Shown: positions 49,705 through 58,222 of the stretch, one piece after another
How positions within the stretch are numbered: the first letter of the stretch is position 1
Layout: every line of letters begins with the position of its first letter
Origin: an uncultured Gemmatimonadaceae bacterium
Lineage (GTDB): Bacteria; Gemmatimonadota; Gemmatimonadetes; Gemmatimonadales; Gemmatimonadaceae
NCBI GenBank assembly: GCA_963761305.1
Contig: CAVXGK010000001.1
Location: forward strand, 960,001 to 1,024,000
Direction of reading: 5' to 3'
Length of the DNA stretch: 64,000 nucleotides
The notes under the pieces: model-generated
The model's input: only the letters and a program-made list of their open reading frames with translations
Databases searched by the model: none
Told to the model about the DNA's origin: nothing
Translations under genes and position numbers: made by a program

Positions 49705-50826
49705 TCAGGGGCGGACGTCGGGATGGAGCGTGAGGCGCTGCACGCGCCAGTTGAGCAGCTCGGCGACGTACAGCTCGTTCTCCGACGGACACGCGATCTC
49801 GTGAATCCATCCGAATTGCTTCGGCGCCTTCCCCGCTTCGCCGAGCACGCCGAGGACCTTGCCGTCGAGTGAGAGTTTGTAGATACGGCCAGGCACGGCG
49901 TCGGCGCTATAGAGCACCTGATTCGGACCCGGCGTGATGCAGATCGCCCATGGCGCACCCGACACGGCGAGCGGATTCGAGTTCGGCGACGGCATGGCGC
50001 CCAACATTACGTTGGGCGTTTTATCGAACGGCACATCGATCGTGAATTGGCGCTGGAAGTTGCCGTCCGAGTCGAACACCTGGATGCGGCGGTTCGTGCG
50101 GTCGGCGACGTACACGTTGCCGTGGTCGTCGCTGGCGATGGAATGCAGGACGTTGAACTGTCCCTGCCCCGACCCGCGCTCGCCCCACGTTTTCACCCAG
50201 CGTCCGTCCTTGTCGATTTTCACGACGCGCGAGTTGTTGTAGCCGTCGGCGACGAAGATGTCGCCGGCCGCGTCCCAGGTGACGTCGGTCGGACGGTTGA
50301 ACGTTCCCCACCCCGGGCGCGGGATCGCGCCGGGGGCGGTCTCCGTCGGCGCCTCGACGGCTTCGGCGCGGCGGCCGAGCACCATGAGCACGCGTCCCGC
50401 CGGGTTGAACTCCATGATCATGTTCGAGCCTTCGTCGGTCGCCCAGAGGTTGCCGCTCTTGTCGATGCGGACCGTATGGGCGAACGCGAATCCGTAGAGA
50501 TCCTTGCCGATCTCCCGGATGAACGCGCCGTCGGGACCGAACTCGAACAGTTGCGACGCGGCCTCGCCGCGCAGTGTGCTCCGACTCCCGGTGCGCGAGA
50601 AGACGTAGAGGTGCTTGCGCGCATCCATCGTCACGCCGGCGACTTCACCGAGGTAGAAATTCGGCGGCAGCTTGAGAAAATCGGTGCTGGCGTCGAAGCG
50701 GATTTCGGGAACGGGCTGCTGGGAGTTGGCGACGTTCGGCATCGCGTCGAGACCGGACAGCACGCTCAGCGCGGCGGCGGACCGCAGAGTCATCGAGAGG
50801 GATAGGGGGCGCATGGGAGCTATCAT
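49705..50826 (-). CDS. NHL-repeat beta-propeller, peptidyl-alpha-hydroxyglycine alpha-amidating lyase-like
   Basis: AHTVRID, FNRPTDV, VADGYNNSRV, GQFNVLHSI, VADRTNRRIQVF; signal peptide. Confidence 0.88.
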   Translation of the reverse strand: MIAPMRPLSLSMTLRSAAALSVLSGLDAMPNVANSQQPVPEIRFDASTDFLKLPPNFYLGEVAGVTMDARKHLYVFSRTGSRSTLRGEAASQLFEFGPDGAFIREIGKDLYGFAFAHTVRIDKSGNLWATDEGSNMIMEFNPAGRVLMVLGRRAEAVEAPTETAPGAIPRPGWGTFNRPTDVTWDAAGDIFVADGYNNSRVVKIDKDGRWVKTWGERGSGQGQFNVLHSIASDDHGNVYVADRTNRRIQVFDSDGNFQRQFTIDVPFDKTPNVMLGAMPSPNSNPLAVSGAPWAICITPGPNQVLYSADAVPGRIYKLSLDGKVLGVLGEAGKAPKQFGWIHEIACPSENELYVAELLNWRVQRLTLHPDVRP

Positions 50827-50899
50827 GCGGGCATCCGTACTTGCCGGTCAAGCGAGGTAGTTCTTCCTCCCTCCCCAAGAACAACGAAACGGAGACAAC

Positions 50900-51109
50900 A
50901 GCCCCTCTACTTGGGTCTTATCGCCGACCCGTGTTTCGGGTACCTCGGCAGTTTCGGGAAACACCCGAAAACGTCATGCGAGCGTCATTCATGACGCTCG
51001 CATGACGCGGCTTGTCGATAAACGCTCTCGATTGAGAGTTTACAAAACGTATCAGAACGACACTGGTACCCGAAATGGCAGTCGGCGATAAGACCCAAGT
51101 AGGAGGGCT
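50900..51109. other. multi-hairpin palindromic element (ncRNA or non-autonomous REP/MITE-like element)
   Basis: 22-bp perfect inverted repeat 50907-50928/51081-51102 plus 11-bp 50934-50944/51065-51075, enclosing three hairpins. Confidence 0.75.
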
Positions 51110-51941
51110 CGCGTCGCCAAAGTCCTCGCTGGTCGCCGGGCCAATGCGAAAGGGGGCGAATTGAGGGGATGCGAGCCTCGCCATCTGGGTCCCGTTCCTG
51201 ACGCCGTCGTCTTGAGCTTTGAGCGACCGTTTTTTCGGTCACCCGACATTTCCAACCGGCCACCGCACTTTTCCATTCTCGCGCGACGGCCCGAGTTCGC
51301 CCGCCAAACGCCGTTTCCTCTCGCCGACGCGACAATTCCGGCCGGCCACCGCAATTTGCCGATCGCGTCAGGCGAGTTTGCCCAGACGGGCAGCCGACTT
51401 TACCGACTGGTCAACGAACCGGTCGTAGTACGCGGCGAACGGGTCACAACGGACGGCGAACCCGACGCACCGACCTCTCATCGTGAGGCCGGGTCGGACG
51501 ACTCGTCGCCCCGGCCAACTGACCTGACGCAGGGCACAGCTCAGTGGTCGTCCCGCCCCTTCGGCCGCACTGATCGGCCAGTTCGCCCCCGCGCGCGTCA
51601 AGCGAATTGCAGACCTGTCATGGATTTGCTTTTTCTCCCGCTCCACCTGATGCGTCGTTCCGGAAAGCGCAGCGTACGGCTCGCGCGCTCGCGTTGTCTC
51701 GCGGGCATTTTGACCAGGCCGAAGGGCAATCCATCCAACGACTCGGCAGGATGACGCGCCCACATAAGCGCTTTTCTTCTCCCGGTTAACAGGCGACCGA
51801 CCCTGACGATCGGCCGGCGGAGAATGGCTGCCCGAGCTGTTGGCCGTAGCGGAGTAGTGTTAGCCATCGACAGTCGGCCGTCAGCGGCAGGCCGTCGCCC
51901 GCGGAGGATCTCCCGTCAGCCAAAGGCCGAGGATCTTTCAG

Positions 51942-52595
51942 ATGAAGGTTGTCGTATTCGGTGCTACAGGAATGATCGGCCAGGGTGTTCTACGCGAGTG
52001 TCTGCTCGACCCCGGCTTGGATCACGTGTTGACCATCGGCCGCACGCCGACCGGACGGCCGGAGGCGAAACTCCACGATCTCGTCGTGCCGAATCTCCAC
52101 GACCTCTCAGCCGTCGAGTCCCAGCTCGCCGGATTCGATGCGTGCTTCTTCTGCCTCGGCGTCTCGGCTGTTGGCATGACGGAGGAGCAATACTCGCGGA
52201 TCACGTACGACCTCACGCTGTCGGTCGCGAACCTGCTGGCTCGTCTCGATCCGGCGATGACGTTCATCTACGTCTCCGCGGCGGGCGCGTCGTCGAGCGA
52301 GCAAGGCGCGATGTGGGCGCGCGTGCGCGGCCGCACGGAGAACGCGCTCTTCCGCTTGCCGCTTCGCGCGTACGTGTTCCGGCCGGCCCTCATTCGGCCG
52401 CTGCACGGCATCAAATCGCGGACGCGGCTCTACAACGCGGTCTACGTGACGATGGCGCCGGTGATGCCACTCCTCGGCCGGCTCTTTCCCGCGCACGTCA
52501 CGACGACGGAGCAGATCGGACTCGCGATGCTACGCGTGGCGCGTGAGGGATTTCCGCGAAAGATTCTTCACACGGCGGACATCAACTCGCTCTAG
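51942..52595 (+). CDS. NAD(P)-binding Rossmann-fold epimerase/SDR-like protein
   Basis: MKVVVFGATGMIGQG, DACFFCLG, MWARVRGRTEN, FRPA. Confidence 0.9.
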   Translation: MKVVVFGATGMIGQGVLRECLLDPGLDHVLTIGRTPTGRPEAKLHDLVVPNLHDLSAVESQLAGFDACFFCLGVSAVGMTEEQYSRITYDLTLSVANLLARLDPAMTFIYVSAAGASSSEQGAMWARVRGRTENALFRLPLRAYVFRPALIRPLHGIKSRTRLYNAVYVTMAPVMPLLGRLFPAHVTTTEQIGLAMLRVAREGFPRKILHTADINSL

Positions 52596-52605
52596 CGCCG
52601 CGGCG

Positions 52606-53124
52606 TCAGACCTCTTCGCTCTGGCGCCGCGTCGACCCGCTGGCGCGCGCGGTCTCCGAGCTGCGCCAACTGTCGGGCGTCGGTGGGATCATGTGTTTCG
52701 CTTCCATGCGACCCACGATCAACAGCGTGAAATACGTGAAGGCCGCCAGCACGATCGCGATCTCGGCATGGCCCAGTCCCACGCAGGCGCCGATCGCGGC
52801 GGTGGACCAGATGCTCGCCGCCGTCGCCGTGCCGCGAACCCGGTCGTTGGCCTTGAGGATCGTGCCGCCACCGATGAAGCCGACGCCCGTGACGAGACCT
52901 TGAATGACGTACATCACCGCCACGGAGCCCGGCGGAAACTCGGACGTCGCGAGGAGCACCAGGCCGCACGCGCCGAGCGCGACGATCGGAAACGTGCGCA
53001 GCCCCGCGCTCATGTCGTGCAACTCGCGCTCGCGCGCGATGGGCAGCGTCAACGCCAAGGCCAGCGCCATCCGCACCACGGCGGCGAGCATCAGCGAGAG
53101 ATCGAAACTCATTCCAATGGACAT
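52606..53124 (-). CDS. MgtC/SapB family membrane protein
   Basis: ERE...AGLRTF, GVGFIGGGTI, VRGTATAASIW; start at 53124 or 53112. Confidence 0.9.
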   Translation of the reverse strand: MSIGMSFDLSLMLAAVVRMALALALTLPIARERELHDMSAGLRTFPIVALGACGLVLLATSEFPPGSVAVMYVIQGLVTGVGFIGGGTILKANDRVRGTATAASIWSTAAIGACVGLGHAEIAIVLAAFTYFTLLIVGRMEAKHMIPPTPDSWRSSETARASGSTRRQSEEV

Positions 53125-53250
53125 GTCGGCGGGGTTGAACCGCATTCAACCTGTTCCGCGAGGGCGGACCAAGGAAGGGCCCTGTTCGGAGGTCGTCGCG
53201 GTGCCTATCGTAGAGTCATGATTGCCATGTACAAGGTGTTGCAACGCGGG

Positions 53251-53457
53251 ATGACGCGGGAAAACAAGCTCGGAGCCTTGTTGGCCATCCTGACTTGTCC
53301 ATGTCACGTCGTAATGCTCGGGTTCGTACTGACCGGAACGGTCGTCGGTACCTGGCTTCTCGCGGTCCGCGCCTATGTCATTCTCGCGTTCTCGCTGCTT
53401 TTCCTGCTTGGACTCTGGCTCATGATGCGGCCGGATCCTGCCTGTCGTCTCGACTAG
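53251..53457 (+). CDS. small MerE-like metal-transport membrane protein (68 aa)
   Basis: LAILTCPCHV motif (MerE has LTCPCHL) plus hydrophobic helices; it is the tail of the long ORF 52543..53457; start could be 53218, 53227 or 53251. Confidence 0.75.
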   Translation: MTRENKLGALLAILTCPCHVVMLGFVLTGTVVGTWLLAVRAYVILAFSLLFLLGLWLMMRPDPACRLD

Positions 53458-53467
53458 ACCCCTCGAC

Positions 53468-56400
53468 ATGACCACCATTCGCCGACTTCTCCGCCCGGCC
53501 GCGGTGTCAGTTGCCGCGCTCACGTTCGCCGGTTCCGCCCGTGCCCAAACCGGCGGCGGTCCGGTCGACCCACGGGTGTACTCCGCGCTAACCTGGCGAA
53601 ACCTCGGGCCCTTCCGTGGCGGACGAGTCGCGGCGGTGAGCGGCGCGATCGGACAGCCGGGCGTGTTCTACATCGGGTTGCCCGCCGCGGGTGTGTGGAA
53701 GACCACGAGCGCGGGGCAGACCTGGTTCCCGATCTTCGACGCGATCAAGGACGTCTCGTCGATCGGCTCCGTCGACGTCGCGCCGTCCGATCCGAACATC
53801 ATTTACGTCGGCACAGGCGACATCATCACCGGTGGATCCATCAACGAGGGCAACGGCGTCTACAAGTCGACCGACGCCGGGCGAACCTGGCGTCACCTGG
53901 GGCTCGACGCAACGAAGCAGATCCCGTCGATGTCCGTGGACCCGCACGATCCGAAGGTCGTGCTGCTGGCGGCGCAAGGGAACGTGCACGCAAAGACGCA
54001 TGAGCGCGGCGTGTACCGTAGCACCGACGGCGGGACGACGTGGACGCAGACGCTCTTCGTCGACGACAGCACCGGCGCGCAGAAGATCTCGCGCGCCTTC
54101 GACACGCCGAACACCGTCTTTGCGACGACGGTCGCGCACTACGCTCCGCCGCCGCCGGCGACTGGCGCAGGAGGAGGAGTCGGCGGCGGCGGGCGCGGCG
54201 GTCCGCAAGCGGGACCGACGAGCACGAAGCTCTTCAAGTCGACCGACGGCGGCGCCACGTGGACCGAGATCTCCGGGAACGGGCTTCCGGCGCGCCTCAC
54301 CGGGAAGCTGTGGGTCGCCGTCGCCAACAACTCCAACGCGCAGCGCGTGTACGTGATCGGCGATGCGGGCCTCTACCGCTCCGACGACGGCGGCGCGACG
54401 TGGCACCAGATGGCTGCCGACGATGAGAGAATTCGTAACGGGCAGGGTGGCTACAACTGCGGCGTCTACGTCGACCCGCAGAACCCCGACGTCGTCTACA
54501 CGCTCAACACGGCAAGCTACAAGTCCACCGACGGCGGCAAGACGTTCACTGGTTTCAAGGGGGCGCCGGGCGGGGACGATCCGCAGCAGATGTGGATCGA
54601 TCCGACCAACGGCCAGCGCATGCTGTTCGGCTACGACCAGGGCGCGATCGTCTCGCTCGACGGCGGCGGTACGTGGAGCTCGTGGTACAACCAATCGACC
54701 GAGCAGATCTACCACCTGTCGATCGACAACTCGGTTCCCTACTGGGTCTATGGCACGCAGCAGGACGCCGGCGCCATCCGCACCCGTATCCGCGGCAACC
54801 TGGGCGCGATCACGCCGCTGGACTGGAACCCCGTCTCGGGCTGGGAATGGGGCACGATCGTCCCCGACCCGCTCGACCCGAATACGGTCTACGCCAGCGG
54901 CTCGGGCATTTTGAAGATCTCGTATCCGGGCGAGCAGTGGATCAACGTGAGCCCGGCAATCGATGCCTCGCGGCAGCTGCGTACGACGAGCGACCAGCCG
55001 CTCGTGTTCGCGCCATGGAACAAGCACATGCTCATCGCCGCATTCCAGTCGGTGTGGACGACGATCGACGGCGGCGCGCACTGGACCTCGATCAGCCCCG
55101 ACCTCGCCATGCGCTCCGACGCGCCGCGCCCGGCGAACGGCGGACCTCCGGTGGGCGGCGCGATTCAATCGATGCGCGCGTCGACCGTGGGCACGGGCAC
55201 GATCTGGGTCGGCACCAACAATGGACTCATCAAGGTCACGCACGACGGCGGCAAAACCTGGTCGGACGCGAGCATTCCGGGAATTCCCAGCGTGCAGCGC
55301 GCCGAAGTGCTGAGCGTCGAACCGTCGCACTTCGACGCCGCCGAAGCGTACGCCGTGCTCGGCCTCTATCGCCTCGGCGACTACACACCGTACGTCTTTC
55401 GCACGCGCGACTCGGGGAAATCGTGGACCCGCATCACCGAGGGACTCGCGACCAATCAGCCGAGTGGCAGCTTCGCGCGCGTCGTGCGGAACGACCCGCA
55501 GCGCAGAGGGCTGCTGTTCGCCGGCACGGAGAGCGGCATGTACGTGTCGTTCGACGACGGCGACCATTGGTCGACGCTGTCGCTCAACCTGCCGACGACG
55601 TCCAATCGCGATATCGCGCTCAAGGACAACGACATCGTCGTCTCGACCTACGGTCGTGGCTTCTGGGTGATCGACGACTACTCGATGCTTCGCCAGGTCT
55701 CGTCGAACACGGCGAGCGAGGCCGCGCACCTGTTCAAGCCGGGTGACGTGATTCGCGCGCGGCGCAACGTCGGCGCCGACACGCCCTTCCCGCCCGAGGT
55801 GCCGCACGCGCTCAACCCGGCGGAAGGCGTGCAGATCGACTACTGGCTGGCGCAGGCAGCGCGCGGCGACGTCACGCTCGACGTGCTCGACGCGTCGGGC
55901 GCTCTCGTGCGCCACATGACGAGTGCGGCGGTGGCCCCCGTGTCCGAAGCGGCGCGTCCTCCCGAGCCGAACTTCTGGATCGCTCCTCCGACGTCGATTC
56001 CCGCGATCGTCGGCGGCAATCGCACACATTGGGATCTCCGCTACGATCCGCCCAACTCGTTCGCGCACTCGTTCGAGATCAATGCGAATCCCGGTCAGAC
56101 ACCGCCATCGCCCGAGGGTCCGGTGGCGATTCCGGGCACGTACACGCTCAAGCTCACCGTCGACGGCAGGAGCTATTCGCAGACCGTGTGGATCAAGCCC
56201 GATCCGCACTCTCCGGCGCCCGTCGCGGCGATCGCCGCGCAGCACGCGCTGCAGATGAAGCTCCTGCAGGGAATCAACGTGTCGTTCGACGGGCGGCGCA
56301 CTGCACAGGAGCTGCGCGACGCCCTGCATCCGCCGGCCAGCAGCACATCCGAAGCCGCGGCAAGAGCCAACGCACTCGCCGCGCAGCTCGACACGATCAT

Positions 56401-56680
56401 CGGCGGGAACGGTGGCGGTCGGGGACGTGGACGCGGCGGTCAGGGCGGACTGCCGAACTTCCAGGCGCTCAATGGCGCGTTCGTCGCGCAGCTCAACGCG
56501 CAGGACCTCGGCGACTTGGCGCCGACATCGGCGACGCTCGCGGCGTTCGGCGCGAGCTGTCGCGACTTGTCGAAAGCGGTGGCTACACTGGAGAAAATCG
56601 AGGCTGGGGCCGCGGCGCTGAAGACAGCCGCGGATGCGATCGATATTCCTCGCGGCGGCCTCAAGCCGCCTGTGTGCTAG
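53468..56680 (+). CDS. large secreted BNR/Asp-box (VPS10/GH74-like) beta-propeller protein
   Basis: WRNLGPFRGGRV; many SxDGGxTW Asp-boxes; STYGRGFW; PGTYTLKL Ig-like tail. Confidence 0.9.
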   Translation: MTTIRRLLRPAAVSVAALTFAGSARAQTGGGPVDPRVYSALTWRNLGPFRGGRVAAVSGAIGQPGVFYIGLPAAGVWKTTSAGQTWFPIFDAIKDVSSIGSVDVAPSDPNIIYVGTGDIITGGSINEGNGVYKSTDAGRTWRHLGLDATKQIPSMSVDPHDPKVVLLAAQGNVHAKTHERGVYRSTDGGTTWTQTLFVDDSTGAQKISRAFDTPNTVFATTVAHYAPPPPATGAGGGVGGGGRGGPQAGPTSTKLFKSTDGGATWTEISGNGLPARLTGKLWVAVANNSNAQRVYVIGDAGLYRSDDGGATWHQMAADDERIRNGQGGYNCGVYVDPQNPDVVYTLNTASYKSTDGGKTFTGFKGAPGGDDPQQMWIDPTNGQRMLFGYDQGAIVSLDGGGTWSSWYNQSTEQIYHLSIDNSVPYWVYGTQQDAGAIRTRIRGNLGAITPLDWNPVSGWEWGTIVPDPLDPNTVYASGSGILKISYPGEQWINVSPAIDASRQLRTTSDQPLVFAPWNKHMLIAAFQSVWTTIDGGAHWTSISPDLAMRSDAPRPANGGPPVGGAIQSMRASTVGTGTIWVGTNNGLIKVTHDGGKTWSDASIPGIPSVQRAEVLSVEPSHFDAAEAYAVLGLYRLGDYTPYVFRTRDSGKSWTRITEGLATNQPSGSFARVVRNDPQRRGLLFAGTESGMYVSFDDGDHWSTLSLNLPTTSNRDIALKDNDIVVSTYGRGFWVIDDYSMLRQVSSNTASEAAHLFKPGDVIRARRNVGADTPFPPEVPHALNPAEGVQIDYWLAQAARGDVTLDVLDASGALVRHMTSAAVAPVSEAARPPEPNFWIAPPTSIPAIVGGNRTHWDLRYDPPNSFAHSFEINANPGQTPPSPEGPVAIPGTYTLKLTVDGRSYSQTVWIKPDPHSPAPVAAIAAQHALQMKLLQGINVSFDGRRTAQELRDALHPPASSTSEAAARANALAAQLDTIIGGNGGGRGRGRGGQGGLPNFQALNGAFVAQLNAQDLGDLAPTSATLAAFGASCRDLSKAVATLEKIEAGAAALKTAADAIDIPRGGLKPPVC

Positions 56681-56743
56681 GGAGCGGCGAGTAAACGGCG
56701 AACCCCGAATCTCAGAACGTCATGTCGATGCTCAACGCTGAGA

Positions 56744-58222
56744 CTACCGCCAGGTCCCCCCGAGCGCCTTGTACAACTCCACCGCCGCCGTCAGCTCGCC
56801 GAGCTGCGCCTGACTCAGCGCCAGCTCGGCGCTGAAGAGGCTTCGCTGCGCGTCGAGCAGATCGAGATACGACGACAATCCGGCGTCGTACCTCGACTCG
56901 GCGAGGCTGAGCGCCTGCCGCAACGCGCGCGCCTGGGTCGCTTGCGCCACGGCCTCGTCACGCGCGAAGCGGACGCCGGCGAGCGCGTCGTTCGCTTCGC
57001 GCACGGCGTTGAGCGCGGTTGACTCGTACGACGCACGCGATTGATCGGCCCGCGCCCGTGCCTGCGCCGACTGGTTCGACAGCCGGCCGTTGTCGAACAA
57101 CGGAAATGAAACTCCGGCGAACAGCTGGTAGACGTGCGTATTGTCGGCGAACACGTTGTTCGGCAGACCCGCCTGTGTGCCGAGCGACCCGACGATGCTG
57201 ACCGTCGGCAGGCGAGCCGCGTCGGCCACCCCGATGCGCGCATGCGCCGCGGCGTAGTTGCGCTCGGCCTGTTGCACGTCGGGTCGGCGCGCGAGGAGAC
57301 CGGCGGGAATCGAGTCGGGGATCTGAAGCGCCTCGACCGCCGCGGCCAGCGTGCCGCGCCGCGGAATCGCCGTCGGGCCTTCGCCGAGGAGCACGTTGAG
57401 ATTGTGCTCGGTGACGGCGGTGGCGCGCTCGCTCTGCGCGAGCGTCACTGCAGGCGCGGCAACCTGCGCCTCGAACTGACGTACGTCGAGCTCCGAGGTG
57501 AGTCCTTCCGAGTATCGCGCACGCGCCACGTCGAGCGTGGATTGGCGCGAGCTGAGCGTCCGCTCGGCGATCAGCCGCTCCTGATCCAACTCGAGCAGCT
57601 GGAGATAGCTCGACGCCACGTTGCTGACGAGCGACAGCACCGTCGCGCGCTCCGCCGCTTCCTCGGCGCCGAGGTCGGCGGAAGCAGCGCGAACGCCGTT
57701 CCGGAGTCGGCCCCAGAAGTCGAGCTCCCATGCGAGATCCGAGGTGAAGCGCGCCGCGCGATAGGCGGTCGGCGGAAACGATCCGATCACGACCTGGTTC
57801 GTGCTCTCGGAGCCGTTGAGCGTGAGCGACGGAGCGAGCGGCGACCTGGCCACGCCCACCGCCGCTCGAAATTCGCGAACGCGCGCCTCGGCCACCCGGA
57901 GGTCGCGATTCTGTTCGAGCGCGACGTGGACGAGCCGCACGAGCGTCGTGTCGCGAAGAAGATCGAGCCAGGCGACCGCCGCCGTCGAGTCGGTCACGGC
58001 AAGACGGCGCACCGCCGGTACCGCGGCGATGCGTGCCGTGTCGGCGCGGCGCGCCGCGGCGAGCGAATCGAAGAACGCGCGCGACGAGTCGCTCGTTCGC
58101 GCGACCCCGATCTTGTCCTTCGAACTGACGACGGTCTCGGGCACGTAGCGCGGGCCGGCAAGGCAGCCCAGACCGAAGACCATGGGCACCGTCGCGAGAA
58201 CTACCCCGACGCGGCGCTTCAT
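56744..58222 (-). CDS. RND outer-membrane factor lipoprotein (OprM/NodT family)
   Basis: Lipobox GLGC; ALEQNRDL, WELDFWGR, LLARRPDV, LYKALGG. Confidence 0.94.
   Translation of the reverse strand: MKRRVGVVLATVPMVFGLGCLAGPRYVPETVVSSKDKIGVARTSDSSRAFFDSLAAARRADTARIAAVPAVRRLAVTDSTAAVAWLDLLRDTTLVRLVHVALEQNRDLRVAEARVREFRAAVGVARSPLAPSLTLNGSESTNQVVIGSFPPTAYRAARFTSDLAWELDFWGRLRNGVRAASADLGAEEAAERATVLSLVSNVASSYLQLLELDQERLIAERTLSSRQSTLDVARARYSEGLTSELDVRQFEAQVAAPAVTLAQSERATAVTEHNLNVLLGEGPTAIPRRGTLAAAVEALQIPDSIPAGLLARRPDVQQAERNYAAAHARIGVADAARLPTVSIVGSLGTQAGLPNNVFADNTHVYQLFAGVSFPLFDNGRLSNQSAQARARADQSRASYESTALNAVREANDALAGVRFARDEAVAQATQARALRQALSLAESRYDAGLSSYLDLLDAQRSLFSAELALSQAQLGELTAAVELYKALGGTWR

Noticed and set aside
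50900..51109. Calling the cloverleaf a tRNA, 6S RNA or retron ncRNA
   Set aside because: Too long and lacks T/D-loop motifs for tRNA; branched interior and context do not fit 6S well; no reverse transcriptase adjacent
51161..51867. ORFs 51161..51754+ and 51368..51763- as genes
   Set aside because: Atypical codon usage, no RBS and no recognisable motifs
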